NCBI GenBank assembly: GCA_965203175.1
Contig: OZ241867.1
Span: forward strand, 1,920,001 to 1,984,000
Length of the DNA stretch: 64,000 bases
Direction: 5' to 3'
Source of the DNA: Candidatus Latescibacterota bacterium
GTDB lineage: Bacteria > Latescibacterota > UBA2968 > UBA8231
Under the pieces are notes generated by a model. That model did not search any database, was not told the DNA's origin, and saw nothing but the letters and a program-made list of their open reading frames with translations. This document shows positions 20,158 through 29,832 of this stretch, piece after piece (the stretch's first letter is position 1; each line of letters starts with the position of its first letter). The translations under genes were made by a program, and so were the position numbers.

Positions 20158-21336
20158 ATGACTACTCAGGTCATGCCCCTGAACATGGCCGACATGAGCG
20201 ACGAGAAGTTGGCAGACTTCTTCTTCGCCAAGGCCCTTACAGATGATGAACCAGAGGGCGAACCGCCCACGATTCCCAAGGAGAGATGGCGGCTAACTCC
20301 CACCGAGCTCGAGTTCATTCGGGCCGCGGCCTCGCCAGCGGAGCGCCAGCGAAAAGGTGGACGTACTATGGTCGACAGGTGGGCCGGGATTTGCGACATC
20401 GGCCACATGGCCGAATTGGTGCGGCGGGAACCTGCCTTACTGCAATCGGTGGGACCTCTACTCATCCGCGCCACGGTTGCAATGCGAGGATGCGCCCCAT
20501 CGACCAAGTTTCTGCTAGACCACGGCGTCCCAATGCTCGTCTCCGAGACGGGCTACAACTGTCTACACGAGGCCGCTTGGACCGGGACGTGCACCGAGAA
20601 TCTCCGCCATGTCTTCGAGTCCGGTGCCGCCGACGCTGCTGGGGTCTCGATCCTCAAACCCCACACGGGGTGGCCGGACAATATCTCACTCCTGTATTGG
20701 GCGGCAGCATCCCGCAACGGCGCAGACCTGACAAAGCTTTTGTTGCAATATGGTGCCGACCCGGAAGTGAAATTCAAGGGAAATGGCGAGCGCGGAAATA
20801 CCGCCCTGCAGGAGGCGGTTGCCCCCGGTGGCTCCGAATGGATTCGCGGGAAGCGCCAGACGGCACGCGTACTGATCGAGTGGGGCGCGCACTACGACGT
20901 GCTCTCCGCCTGCGCCTTGGACGACCTCGATCGCGTCCGCGAATGTGCAGCAGACTTAGACCTAGCCTCGTTTGCGGGAGAAGCGAATATGACGCCCCTG
21001 CATTGGGCCGCCCGAGCCGGGTCGCTCGCCTGTGCGGAATGGCTGCTCAAACGCGGTGCCGACGTCAACGCTGTGACGACGAGCAAACGCACACCCCTCC
21101 ACCTAGTTGCCGAAAGAGGAGAGGTTGATTCCATCTGGTTGCTGAGCGACTACGGCGCAGACTTAAATGCCCAAGACACCAAGGGCCGGACCCCATTGCA
21201 TCGCGCGACCTATGAAGGCCAAGTGGACTCGGCAGAAGTACTCATTGTACTTGGCGCCAGTACTCGAGTCCAAGGGAAATCGGGCAAGAATCCACTGGAG
21301 GTGGCACGCCTGGATTGCAAGTACCTGCGGTCGTAG
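20158..21336 (+). CDS. Ankyrin repeat protein
   Basis: Repeated TPLHWAA, TPLHLVA, TPLHRAT and GADVNA/GADLNAQD. ATG 20158 after AAGGAG. Confidence 0.9.
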   Translation: MTTQVMPLNMADMSDEKLADFFFAKALTDDEPEGEPPTIPKERWRLTPTELEFIRAAASPAERQRKGGRTMVDRWAGICDIGHMAELVRREPALLQSVGPLLIRATVAMRGCAPSTKFLLDHGVPMLVSETGYNCLHEAAWTGTCTENLRHVFESGAADAAGVSILKPHTGWPDNISLLYWAAASRNGADLTKLLLQYGADPEVKFKGNGERGNTALQEAVAPGGSEWIRGKRQTARVLIEWGAHYDVLSACALDDLDRVRECAADLDLASFAGEANMTPLHWAARAGSLACAEWLLKRGADVNAVTTSKRTPLHLVAERGEVDSIWLLSDYGADLNAQDTKGRTPLHRATYEGQVDSAEVLIVLGASTRVQGKSGKNPLEVARLDCKYLRS

Positions 21337-21355
21337 AAGATTGGACTAGAGACTA

Positions 21356-21396
21356 GTTCTCTCTACTCGGGGTGTAGGTGACCGAGTAGAGAGAAC
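21356..21396. terminator. 15-bp perfect hairpin between convergent genes (probable bidirectional terminator)
   Basis: GTTCTCTCTACTCGG-N11-CCGAGTAGAGAGAAC. No strong U-tract. Confidence 0.6.
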
Positions 21397-21406
21397 AATT
21401 CGGCTT

Positions 21407-22255
21407 CTAAACGCGGCGGAACTTCTGCACCCTATCGTGCAGGGTGGCTACTTCGCCGGTGTACAGCGAGCCTTCCTCATCTACCCAAATGCTGTGCGGA
21501 GAGTCGGCGAATTGTCCCGGAGCCGAGCCATCCTCGCCCCAGCGGGCTAGCAACTGCCCCTCTATGTCGAAGATGCTGACGCGCGACGGAGCCTCGACGA
21601 TGTACACTGTATTGTCCGGGGTAATGAAGAGATCCATGGGCATTACCAAGTCGGTCCACTCGTCCAAGTAGCGGCCCTCGGAGTCAAAGCGCTGGATGCG
21701 GTTGTTTTCGCGATCGACGGCCCAGACGCGCTCGTCGCGGTCCACCCACAAACTGTGGGGCAAGGCGAATTGACCCGGACCCGTGCCCGCAGATCCCCAC
21801 GAATGGACCAACTTTCCCGCGTCCGAAATGCGGTGGATGCGGTATTGGCCGTACCCGTCGGCCACGTACAAATCCCCAGAAGGGCCGCGCATGGCTTTGG
21901 TGGGCTGGTTAAAGGGCTGATCGGGCGCGCCCGGCACGCCCGGCGTACCCCACGTGTGGACCACTTCCCCCTGCGGATTGAAGCAGCGGATGGTGTGGTC
22001 GTCGGTGTCGGCTGCGTACACTTGGTCCTCGCCGTCAACCCACAGGAGGTGGGGATTTCTTAGCAGGTCGGCTCCCCAAGTGTCGATATAGGCCCCGTCG
22101 CGGTCGTAAACCAGCAGAGCGGGGGGGTGACGGCGGCCCACAAAGACCCGGCCCTGACTATCGGCAGCCACTCCGGGCACGACGCCGCCCATGGGACGGC
22201 CTTGGGGGCCTAAACCCCAGCGTTCGACGACTTCGTAATTATAGGTAGCGCTCAT
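21407..22255 (-). CDS. NHL-repeat beta-propeller (peptidyl-alpha-hydroxyglycine alpha-amidating lyase-like)
   Basis: FNQPT, LYVADGYG..RI, WG..G.GPGQF..PH, VDRENNRIQ. ATG 22255. Confidence 0.85.
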   Translation of the reverse strand: MSATYNYEVVERWGLGPQGRPMGGVVPGVAADSQGRVFVGRRHPPALLVYDRDGAYIDTWGADLLRNPHLLWVDGEDQVYAADTDDHTIRCFNPQGEVVHTWGTPGVPGAPDQPFNQPTKAMRGPSGDLYVADGYGQYRIHRISDAGKLVHSWGSAGTGPGQFALPHSLWVDRDERVWAVDRENNRIQRFDSEGRYLDEWTDLVMPMDLFITPDNTVYIVEAPSRVSIFDIEGQLLARWGEDGSAPGQFADSPHSIWVDEEGSLYTGEVATLHDRVQKFRRV

Positions 22256-22383
22256 GGCATTCCTCGCGGTTAGAGGGCAAATGTCAATGTATATTGGCAA
22301 TATGGACGGCGGCCTGCAATAGGCACGGAGTAGCTTTGACCGTATAATCTAAGCGCAAACAAAAACGCAGCGGAGGAGGGAGC

Positions 22384-23190
22384 ATGAAACTAACAGACGA
22401 TCATTTCCAGACTTTTGTAGAACAGGGTTTTGTCGTAGTAGAAGATTTCTATCCAGAGGAACGCCGGGCTCAGATCGCCGAGGGCATCCGCCGGACCCTT
22501 CCTCCTTGGGAAGTGATCGCCGCCGATCCGCCCGAAAGGCGGCTCTTAAGGGACGACTTTCCCTACGCCGATATGCTCTTCAATGAATTCATCCTCGACT
22601 GGGACCTCATCGCGTTCGTCCAACGGGTGCTCGACACCGAGGACATCTTCTTCCGCTACGCCCACAACTGGGCGCGCTACCCCGACCCCGGAGCCGAGCA
22701 GCCGAGGCTGCACATCGACAATGGCAACAACTCGCTCCTGCCGCCCACATCCGACCGGCGCTACGGGCAGATCAGCACCTGGTACTTCCCCGAAGCCGTG
22801 GACGAAAACCAAGCGCCGATGCAGATCGTGCCCAAGCCCTATGGCCAGGATTTGAGCAAGCGGGTTTTGCTGACCGTACCGGCGGGCACGATCATGATCT
22901 TCAACACCCACCTCTGGCACTCGGCGACCGTGTTCAAGGGCCGCGAAGGGCAGCGCTATTCCGCCACCCGGATCTACGGCCGCGCCGACCACTACTGGGA
23001 GGGCGTGAGCAGCTTTACCAACCGAGGGATGCAAGATCACTTCCGGGCCTTTATCGGCCGGCTTTCGGCGCGCGAACGAGCACTTTTCCGCTTTCCACCC
23101 CCCGGCCACGAATACTACACCCAAGAGACGCTGGCCCGCCTCGAAGAGCAGTATCCGGGCTGGAATGCGCGAGGAGAGTACAACCTATGA
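22384..23190 (+). CDS. PhyH family dioxygenase
   Basis: FVEQGFVVVEDF, LHID, PAGTIMIF...WHSA...RYS. Confidence 0.8.
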   Translation: MKLTDDHFQTFVEQGFVVVEDFYPEERRAQIAEGIRRTLPPWEVIAADPPERRLLRDDFPYADMLFNEFILDWDLIAFVQRVLDTEDIFFRYAHNWARYPDPGAEQPRLHIDNGNNSLLPPTSDRRYGQISTWYFPEAVDENQAPMQIVPKPYGQDLSKRVLLTVPAGTIMIFNTHLWHSATVFKGREGQRYSATRIYGRADHYWEGVSSFTNRGMQDHFRAFIGRLSARERALFRFPPPGHEYYTQETLARLEEQYPGWNARGEYNL

Positions 23191-24269
23191 GCGACGAGAG
23201 CCCCGATCTCCCTACTGCGGATATCACTGCACTGCGCACCGTAGTCCGCGACGGCTGGTACAACGCCTTTACGGATCTGGCCCTGTGGAAGGATATGTAC
23301 TGGCTGTGCTACCGGCGCGGCACCAGCCATGTGGCCGGCAACAGCGTTGAGGTCGTCCTCCGCTCCGACGATCTGCGGCGGTGGCATCCGGTAATCGACT
23401 TTGAATCGCCCGCTGGCGTCGCCGATGGCTGCGCTGCTGCAGACGGGCACTTTTGTATCACGCCGGATCGATTGTATCTCTTCATTGGCACGCGCAACCC
23501 GATCCATTCTTACGTCTCTTGGACCGACGACGGTGTCCACTGGTCGCAGCCCGCACTGCTCTCCCTCGGCGACGACCATCCCTACACTTGGCGGGTACGC
23601 TGGCGCGAGGGGCTGTTCTACTCGGCCATTTGCCACCTCCACCACGAGGAGCGGCCCTTTGAGTTGATCGTCTCCGAGGACGGCGTCCACTGGACCCAAC
23701 GGGCCGAAATTGTCACCCGCGCCGAACTGCCGGAGTTCACTGAAGAGTCGGAACTCTACTGGCGGCCCGATGGCGAATTGTGGTGCATCGTTCGCGCCAA
23801 CAACGCCTCGATGTACTGGTCTCGACCGCCCTATACGGCATGGGAAGGAGGCGACTTGCGGGTCAAATGCGATGCACCGGTAATTTGCAGGACTGCCGAC
23901 AGGGAGTACCTAGCTGGCCGCGTCCGTCTTCCCAGCGCAGAGTCCGGCGGCGATCCGACCCAGTTCCAAGGCGGCGAATGGGGAGGCGTCGGCAACGGCA
24001 CCACGGGTCTCTACTACCTCACCAAGGGCAAGGCCGAACTGATCCGCTACTTCTCGCAGGGTGGCGATGCCTCTTATCCAGGCCTAGTCTCCCCCGAGCC
24101 CGGCAAGCTAGTGATCTCGTATTACTCCGACGTTGCGTACTGGACGGGTTTGGTCAAACCCCAGCATTTTGCCGAGTTCCGCTACAAATCCTCGGAAAGC
24201 GATATCTACTTGGCCGAAATCGAGGTGCCGAAGATTTCCGATGCGCCCCAAGCGGAGGACACCAACTGA
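23187..24269 (+). CDS. BNR/Asp-box sialidase-like beta-propeller protein
   Basis: YNAFTDL, S.D...W, TDDGVHWS, SEDGVHWT, GGDASYPG, ISYYS. Confidence 0.75.
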   Translation: MSDESPDLPTADITALRTVVRDGWYNAFTDLALWKDMYWLCYRRGTSHVAGNSVEVVLRSDDLRRWHPVIDFESPAGVADGCAAADGHFCITPDRLYLFIGTRNPIHSYVSWTDDGVHWSQPALLSLGDDHPYTWRVRWREGLFYSAICHLHHEERPFELIVSEDGVHWTQRAEIVTRAELPEFTEESELYWRPDGELWCIVRANNASMYWSRPPYTAWEGGDLRVKCDAPVICRTADREYLAGRVRLPSAESGGDPTQFQGGEWGGVGNGTTGLYYLTKGKAELIRYFSQGGDASYPGLVSPEPGKLVISYYSDVAYWTGLVKPQHFAEFRYKSSESDIYLAEIEVPKISDAPQAEDTN

Positions 24270-24287
24270 GCAAAGCTCCTAGCCCCA

Positions 24288-24689
24288 TCACTCCGCCACG
24301 TGGCTGAGGACGAGATCGCGCAAAGTCACCATGCCGAGTGGGTGGCGCTCGTAGTCGACGACCACGGCGCGGGAAAGTTCAAAGCGCACGAGCAAGCGCA
24401 CCGCGTAGCGGGCGAGCATGGCCGACGGCAGGGTCAACACCGGTTTTGACATAATTTCGTACACGTTGACGCGTTCGGGTGCGCGGTTTTGGGCGATCAC
24501 CTCGCGGGCGATGTCCGCGACCACGAGCAAGCCGAACTCGTCGTCGTCGTCGCGCCGGTCGACGGCGAGCGAACTGACCTCGTACTGCTTCATGAGTGCC
24601 ATGGCCTCGGCCACGGTCGCAAGCCTGTCGATAGTGTAGAGTTTGGAGCCCATGACGTCTCCGACCCGGATGGTGCGTTTCTCGCTCAT
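24288..24689 (-). CDS. CBS-domain pair protein
   Basis: VGDVM...RVNVYEIMSKPVL...GMVTLRDLV. Confidence 0.88.
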   Translation of the reverse strand: MSEKRTIRVGDVMGSKLYTIDRLATVAEAMALMKQYEVSSLAVDRRDDDDEFGLLVVADIAREVIAQNRAPERVNVYEIMSKPVLTLPSAMLARYAVRLLVRFELSRAVVVDYERHPLGMVTLRDLVLSHVAE

Positions 24690-25036
24690 ATTTCGTCGTC
24701 CACTTCTTCGAGGATGGTGGGGAGTTGGGTGGTGAGACCGACGGCGTCCTCAATCGGGATCTGAAAGGCAATGCCAGCGCCGGGCTCTTGCTCAAAGCGT
24801 CCGGCATCGCGAATGCGCTCCAAAATGTCGCGCGCCCGCGTCTCGACCACCAAGAACAGAACAACATCGCGTTGGGCCGCCAAGTCGAGACCGAAAAAGG
24901 TCTTCTGTGGTTTCAGCCCTTCGCCGCGCACGCCAGTAATAATTGTCGCACCGGTCGCACCGCCGGAGCGCGCAGCATCGACCACAGTATCGGTCTTGTC
25001 GTTGCTGACCAAGGCGACGATCAGTTTCAGTTTCAT
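24686..25036 (-). CDS. P-II family signal transduction protein (DUF1538-associated)
   Basis: AARSGGATGATII..RGEG, G.GIAFQIPIEDAVG. Confidence 0.88.
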   Translation of the reverse strand: MKLKLIVALVSNDKTDTVVDAARSGGATGATIITGVRGEGLKPQKTFFGLDLAAQRDVVLFLVVETRARDILERIRDAGRFEQEPGAGIAFQIPIEDAVGLTTQLPTILEEVDDEI

Positions 25037-25039
25037 GGC

Positions 25040-25879
25040 TCAAGTCTCCTCGGTGCTGTCCGGCCTCAGTATTGGGGCCGCGCTGTCCGGCCTCAGTGTT
25101 GGGACCGCATGGTTGGCGTTCCGCCGGCGACTCATCCAGGACACCACCATAGCATAGCCCAGAACGGACATGATGGGAAAGACGCTGGCGAACGCGATGA
25201 GGCCAAATCCGTCGATCAGCGGGCTGCGCCCAGGAACCGTGGCGGCGAGTCCCAAGCCCAGCGCGGCGACCACTGGCACTGTGACGGTGGATGTGGTGAC
25301 GCCGCCGCTGTCGTAGGCGAGCGGCACAATGGTCCGGCTCGACCGGAAGGTCTGGGCGATCACCACTAAGTATGCGGCAATGATGTACCACGGCAGGGGC
25401 GTACCCGTGACAATGCGAAAGCAACCCAGCGCCACCCCCGCGGCCACCCCGACCGCCACGGCGATTCTGAGGCCCCAGGCGTTGATCGCGCCGCCCGAGA
25501 TCTCCTCGGCCTTGAGCGCGACCGCAATGAGCGAGGGCTCGGCCACTGTCGTCGCAAAGCCGATCGCCGCGGCAAAGGCGTAAACCAGCAGGTAGTCGTA
25601 CCAGTCGACGCCGTCGGCCAGGCTCGCCTGCCCAATGGTCTCGGGCGCAGTGAGTTGGCGCGCCATGGTCTCGCCGATGGGGAAGAGCGCCTCCTCCAAG
25701 CCAATGAGGAAGAGCGTGAGTCCCAACAGGACGAGGACAAACCCGGCCGCGATCCGGCGCAGGTTCGGCAGGTTGCGGCGCAGCACCACAACTTGGAACA
25801 GAACGAGGACGCCGACAATGGGCACCACATCGAGCGCGGTGGAAAACGCGGTGCTGGCAATAGTGCGCAGAAATTCCAC
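25040..25879 (-). CDS. DUF1538 membrane protein
   Basis: [34 protein letters not shown]. Confidence 0.9.
   Translation of the reverse strand: MEFLRTIASTAFSTALDVVPIVGVLVLFQVVVLRRNLPNLRRIAAGFVLVLLGLTLFLIGLEEALFPIGETMARQLTAPETIGQASLADGVDWYDYLLVYAFAAAIGFATTVAEPSLIAVALKAEEISGGAINAWGLRIAVAVGVAAGVALGCFRIVTGTPLPWYIIAAYLVVIAQTFRSSRTIVPLAYDSGGVTTSTVTVPVVAALGLGLAATVPGRSPLIDGFGLIAFASVFPIMSVLGYAMVVSWMSRRRNANHAVPTLRPDSAAPILRPDSTEET
25055..25108. repeat. 27-bp tandem repeat (2 copies, 2 mismatches) in the DUF1538 C-terminal tail
   Basis: gctgtccggcctcagtattggggccgc / gctgtccggcctcagtgttgggaccgc, encoding AVPTLRPDS-AAPILRPDS. Confidence 0.85.
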
Positions 25880-25880
25880 C

Positions 25881-26615
25881 TCAGATCACCATGCCATAGG
25901 CCAGTACGAAGATCATGGGCGTCAGGCTGGCAAACGCGATGAGCCCAAAACCGTCGACCATTGGGTTGCGCCCCCGGATTGACGTGGCGAGCCCAACGCC
26001 CAACGCGGTGACGAGCGGCACTGTGATCGTGCTGGTGGTGACGCCGCCGGAATCGTAGGCTACGCCAATGATCTCTGCGGGCGCAAACGCGGTCATTGCG
26101 GTCACCAGCACATAGCCCCCGATGATCAGCCGGTGGATCGGCCAGCCCTTGAGGATGCGCAGCACGCCGAGCACGATCGCCATGCCGACCGAGACCGCCA
26201 CCACCATGCGCAACTCAAAGGCGTACGCAGCGCGCACCTCATCGTCGTTGGCAATGGCACCGGCTTCCGCGGCGACTTCGGCCGCCTCTGCAGCAACGGC
26301 GATCAGGGCCGGTTCCGCAACCGTGGTACCAAAACCCAAGCAAAAGGCAAAGGCCAACAGCGCGGTCGCGCTCCCCTTGCGCGCAAAGGCCTGCGCAATG
26401 GCCTCGCCGAGGGGAAAGAGACCGCTTTCGAGCCCTTGGATGAAGAGCGTCAGGCCGGCGACCACGCAGACCAAACCAACGGCGACGCGCCCTAAGTTCG
26501 GAAAGGGCTGCTGTAACACCACGAGTTGAAAGAACGCGATGACGATGATGATGGGTGCCAAATCGCGCAGCGCATCGACGATCCGCCGCAATATCGCGCC
26601 CAAAGCTCTAATCAC
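25881..26615 (-). CDS. DUF1538 membrane protein (paralog)
   Basis: [36 protein letters not shown]. Confidence 0.9.
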   Translation of the reverse strand: MIRALGAILRRIVDALRDLAPIIIVIAFFQLVVLQQPFPNLGRVAVGLVCVVAGLTLFIQGLESGLFPLGEAIAQAFARKGSATALLAFAFCLGFGTTVAEPALIAVAAEAAEVAAEAGAIANDDEVRAAYAFELRMVVAVSVGMAIVLGVLRILKGWPIHRLIIGGYVLVTAMTAFAPAEIIGVAYDSGGVTTSTITVPLVTALGVGLATSIRGRNPMVDGFGLIAFASLTPMIFVLAYGMVI

Positions 26616-29600
26616 GGCGTCCTCCTCCCCGCCATGCCCCCAAACCTATAAGTAACCGCCAGCTTGAACCGCCGGCCTTTGGAACTATGGGTCAAGCCAT
26701 CGTGGGCGAGTTCTCGATTGACCAAGGGCGGCTTAGCGTCGGTCAGGTTTAGTGCCGAGAGGGTGAGGCCGAGCCCATCGGACAAGTTGCACAGCAGGTT
26801 CAGGTCCCAAGTGAAGAAGGGATCGATAGTGCGGAAATCGGAGTCCACGGCCTCCCGCTGGTCTTCGTAGGACGAGATGTAGTTCAGGTGCTGGACTAGA
26901 CTGTAGGTCCCCCAGTGGTAGCCGGTGGCTAGCCGCCATTTCCATTGCGGAATCGGCACCGCAATCGGAATGGACTCGTTCAGGTAGCCAGCGGCCTCCT
27001 GTGCCGGTTGGAGTTCGAGCCCGTTCAGGAGCAGCGCCCGCACCCGATACTCGCGGGTGTAGGTGCCATCCAAGCCACTGGAAAGTTCGCCCGCCCCAAT
27101 CGGGAACCGAGTGCTCAAGTGCCAGTCGAAACCAGAGGTCTTGAGGCCGGGCCAATTGACGAGGTTGACCTGCACCCGTTCAATGGTAGCCGGATCGCAG
27201 GTGCCAGTGCCCACCCCATCCGCGCAGCCGATGTATTGCTTTACGGCTTCTCTGGTCGCCTCTTCACTGTACAGGTCGGCGATCCGGCTGTAGGGCAGGA
27301 CATCAATCACGTTTTCAAAGTCGTAGCTCCAGTAGTCGAGCGTCAGGCTGGCGCGCTTGAGCAGGAGGACGAGACCAGCGTTATACGTGAGGGCCTGTTC
27401 GGGCACGAGGTCGTTATTGCCGCGCGTGTCGATGGCCTTCCAGCCGCCGGTTGAGGCCACCCAGTTGGAGGATGTGCGCTGGTCCTCGTTGAGATCGTCC
27501 ACCGAGGGGGTGCGAAAGGTCGTTTGCACCGAGCCGCGCCACTCCATGGAGTGGCGCGGCGACTCCGAGAGGCGATAGCTGACGGCGAGTTTGGGATTAA
27601 AGCTGCTGGCGACGTCGTGGAACTCGTAGTTGGCGGCAAACTGGGCGTCGAGGTTGCCGCCGAGGCTCAGGGGCAGTTCGCCAAAGAAGCGGTGTACCGT
27701 TTGGGCATCCTCGTACGGATAGTACCCAGCCGTGAACGTGAACGACCCCGCCTTCTCCGCGCAGTCTTTGCTGCCCAGCACCGCGCAGGGGTTGATATCG
27801 AGGTTGCCCGGCTCGTTGGGGAACGCCGATACGTCGAAGTGACGGAACTGGTAGCCGACGGCGTAGCTGGCCACGTCCTCGATCCACGTGCCGGTCAAGG
27901 TGGCATCGACGACCTCCAGCGTGGCTGTATTGTCCAGATTGACCTCTTGGTTGATCCAAGCGAGCAGTTCGGGGCTGTTTGCAAGGCCGGGAGCGTAGGT
28001 GGGATTGACCTCGTTCTCGAACGCCGCGCCCGGCTGCTGCGCGTACTGTAAGGCGTTGCTGAATGGATTGTAGTACATGCAGTCGCCGGTGCCGGCGACC
28101 TTGTCGTGGTCGGCAATCGCCATGTCGGCCGGAGCATTCGCATCCGCCACCACATCGACGCCGCAGTCCGGGCCGCCAAAGCCGCGGAAGGCGAGGAACT
28201 TGCGGTAGTGATATTCCGCCGGGAAGTTGATGTTGCCGGTAGCGCGGGAGTAACTGGCCGCCAAGTCGAGGCGGATGTTCTTGCCCAAATCGCGGTCGAA
28301 GGCGGCGGCGATCCGCTGAGTGCGGGACTGGCGATTCAGGATCCGCTCGGGACCGCTGTTGCCCACTAGCCGCCCAAAGAAGTACCAGTCGTCGGCCAGG
28401 CAAGCCTCTTGAGAGTCAAACCCCACCGCCTCCCAAGAGGCCGCGCAAAACGCCTGCCGCCCCGGATGGCCCGACTCGACCAAATGGGTGCCGTCGTAGG
28501 GCGAGATGGGCGGGAAGGAGGGCGTGGTGTACCAATCGGGGATGGCCGCCTCGGCCCACAGACCCTCAAAGTGGTAGCTCGACTGCTCGTCCCACTGGCC
28601 GTTGATTTCGGCGAAGGCGCGGGTGTGGGTGCTCTTTTCGATGAGGTTGTCCCACGCCTGATAGCGGAAGCGGCAGGTTTCGTCCTCGACCTCAAAACCG
28701 CCAAAGTTCGTGCAGCCGGGATCCACAAAGCGCCGACCGGCTGCGCCGTAGTGCTCGTCGATGAGCGCCGAGGCAAATTCGGCCCTGCTCTCGTTGCCCG
28801 ACAGGTTCGGCATGAGGAACGCACCCGGGTTGCCGTAGTACGACCAGCCACCGGCTGCGCCCGGGATATACGAGCGCAGTGTCCAATCTCGCTCTTCGGC
28901 TTTGAGTTCTTGGCGGCTCATCCGCTCCACTGAAAGGACGGCGTGGGCATTGCCGAGCGCTCCGCCCCAGATTGCGCCGAGGTTGGAATCGCCGGCCTGG
29001 GCAAAGTGGTCGTAGGAGCCGGTGACTTCAAAGCCGGCAAACTCGTCCCGGGTTACGAAGTTGGCCACTCCGGCCACTGCATCCGAGCCGTAGATGGCCG
29101 AAGCGCCCTCCTTGAGCACCTCAAGGCGGTCAATGGCGATGGAGGGAAACGCGTTCACATCGACGAAGCGCCCGCCGATCAGGCGCGCCGGGACGTAGGT
29201 ATGGCGGCGGCCATTGAGCAGCACCAAGGTCCGCGAAGCTCCCAAGCCGCGCAGGTTGACATTGGCCACCGTCTCGGGCACAACATTGCCGGGGATGGCA
29301 TTGTACCAACTGTTCGCCTCGCCGATCACACCGTGGCTCGCGCCCAAGTTCTTGAAGAAATCAACCGCCTGCGGCGACCCTTGTTCCGCCATCTGTTCCC
29401 GCCCGACCACCGTCACCGCATAGGGCAGGTTGATGGGCGATTTTTCAAAGGCCGTGCCGGTCACAGCCACTTCTTCGAGGAGGAACGCGGAGGGCTTTAT
29501 CCGCAACTCGACGGTCGCGGTCTGTCCGGCCTGCACTGCGACGACCGCGGTCTCGGTAGAGTAGCCGATCAACCCGGCCTGCACTTCGTGTCCGCCCACC

Positions 29601-29797
29601 GGCACATCGGCAATAGTGAATCGGCCCTGCGCATCCGACATCCCGCCCACATCCAAGGCCGGGATGTAAACCAAGGCCGTTTCCAGCGCGTCACCGCTGC
29701 CGTCGTCAACCACCGTGACGACGATGGTTCCGGTCGCTTGTGCCTGCACCGATGCGGCCCAGAGCAACATCGCAAGGCACGCGTTCCAAAGTCTCAT
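26612..29797 (-). CDS. TonB-dependent receptor with N-terminal carboxypeptidase-regulatory-like domain
   Basis: Signal peptide, EEVAVTG TonB box, [46 protein letters not shown]-terminal NLTD...GRRF.LAVTYRF. Confidence 0.93.
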   Translation of the reverse strand: MRLWNACLAMLLWAASVQAQATGTIVVTVVDDGSGDALETALVYIPALDVGGMSDAQGRFTIADVPVGGHEVQAGLIGYSTETAVVAVQAGQTATVELRIKPSAFLLEEVAVTGTAFEKSPINLPYAVTVVGREQMAEQGSPQAVDFFKNLGASHGVIGEANSWYNAIPGNVVPETVANVNLRGLGASRTLVLLNGRRHTYVPARLIGGRFVDVNAFPSIAIDRLEVLKEGASAIYGSDAVAGVANFVTRDEFAGFEVTGSYDHFAQAGDSNLGAIWGGALGNAHAVLSVERMSRQELKAEERDWTLRSYIPGAAGGWSYYGNPGAFLMPNLSGNESRAEFASALIDEHYGAAGRRFVDPGCTNFGGFEVEDETCRFRYQAWDNLIEKSTHTRAFAEINGQWDEQSSYHFEGLWAEAAIPDWYTTPSFPPISPYDGTHLVESGHPGRQAFCAASWEAVGFDSQEACLADDWYFFGRLVGNSGPERILNRQSRTQRIAAAFDRDLGKNIRLDLAASYSRATGNINFPAEYHYRKFLAFRGFGGPDCGVDVVADANAPADMAIADHDKVAGTGDCMYYNPFSNALQYAQQPGAAFENEVNPTYAPGLANSPELLAWINQEVNLDNTATLEVVDATLTGTWIEDVASYAVGYQFRHFDVSAFPNEPGNLDINPCAVLGSKDCAEKAGSFTFTAGYYPYEDAQTVHRFFGELPLSLGGNLDAQFAANYEFHDVASSFNPKLAVSYRLSESPRHSMEWRGSVQTTFRTPSVDDLNEDQRTSSNWVASTGGWKAIDTRGNNDLVPEQALTYNAGLVLLLKRASLTLDYWSYDFENVIDVLPYSRIADLYSEEATREAVKQYIGCADGVGTGTCDPATIERVQVNLVNWPGLKTSGFDWHLSTRFPIGAGELSSGLDGTYTREYRVRALLLNGLELQPAQEAAGYLNESIPIAVPIPQWKWRLATGYHWGTYSLVQHLNYISSYEDQREAVDSDFRTIDPFFTWDLNLLCNLSDGLGLTLSALNLTDAKPPLVNRELAHDGLTHSSKGRRFKLAVTYRFGGMAGRRTP

Positions 29798-29832
29798 AGC
29801 ATCCTCCCCCTTTTAAACGTCCGTCTTCTTCG

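Noticed and set aside
8620-23190. PhyH-type halogenases
   Set aside because: All five keep the HxD carboxylate ligand; halogenases have HxA or HxG.
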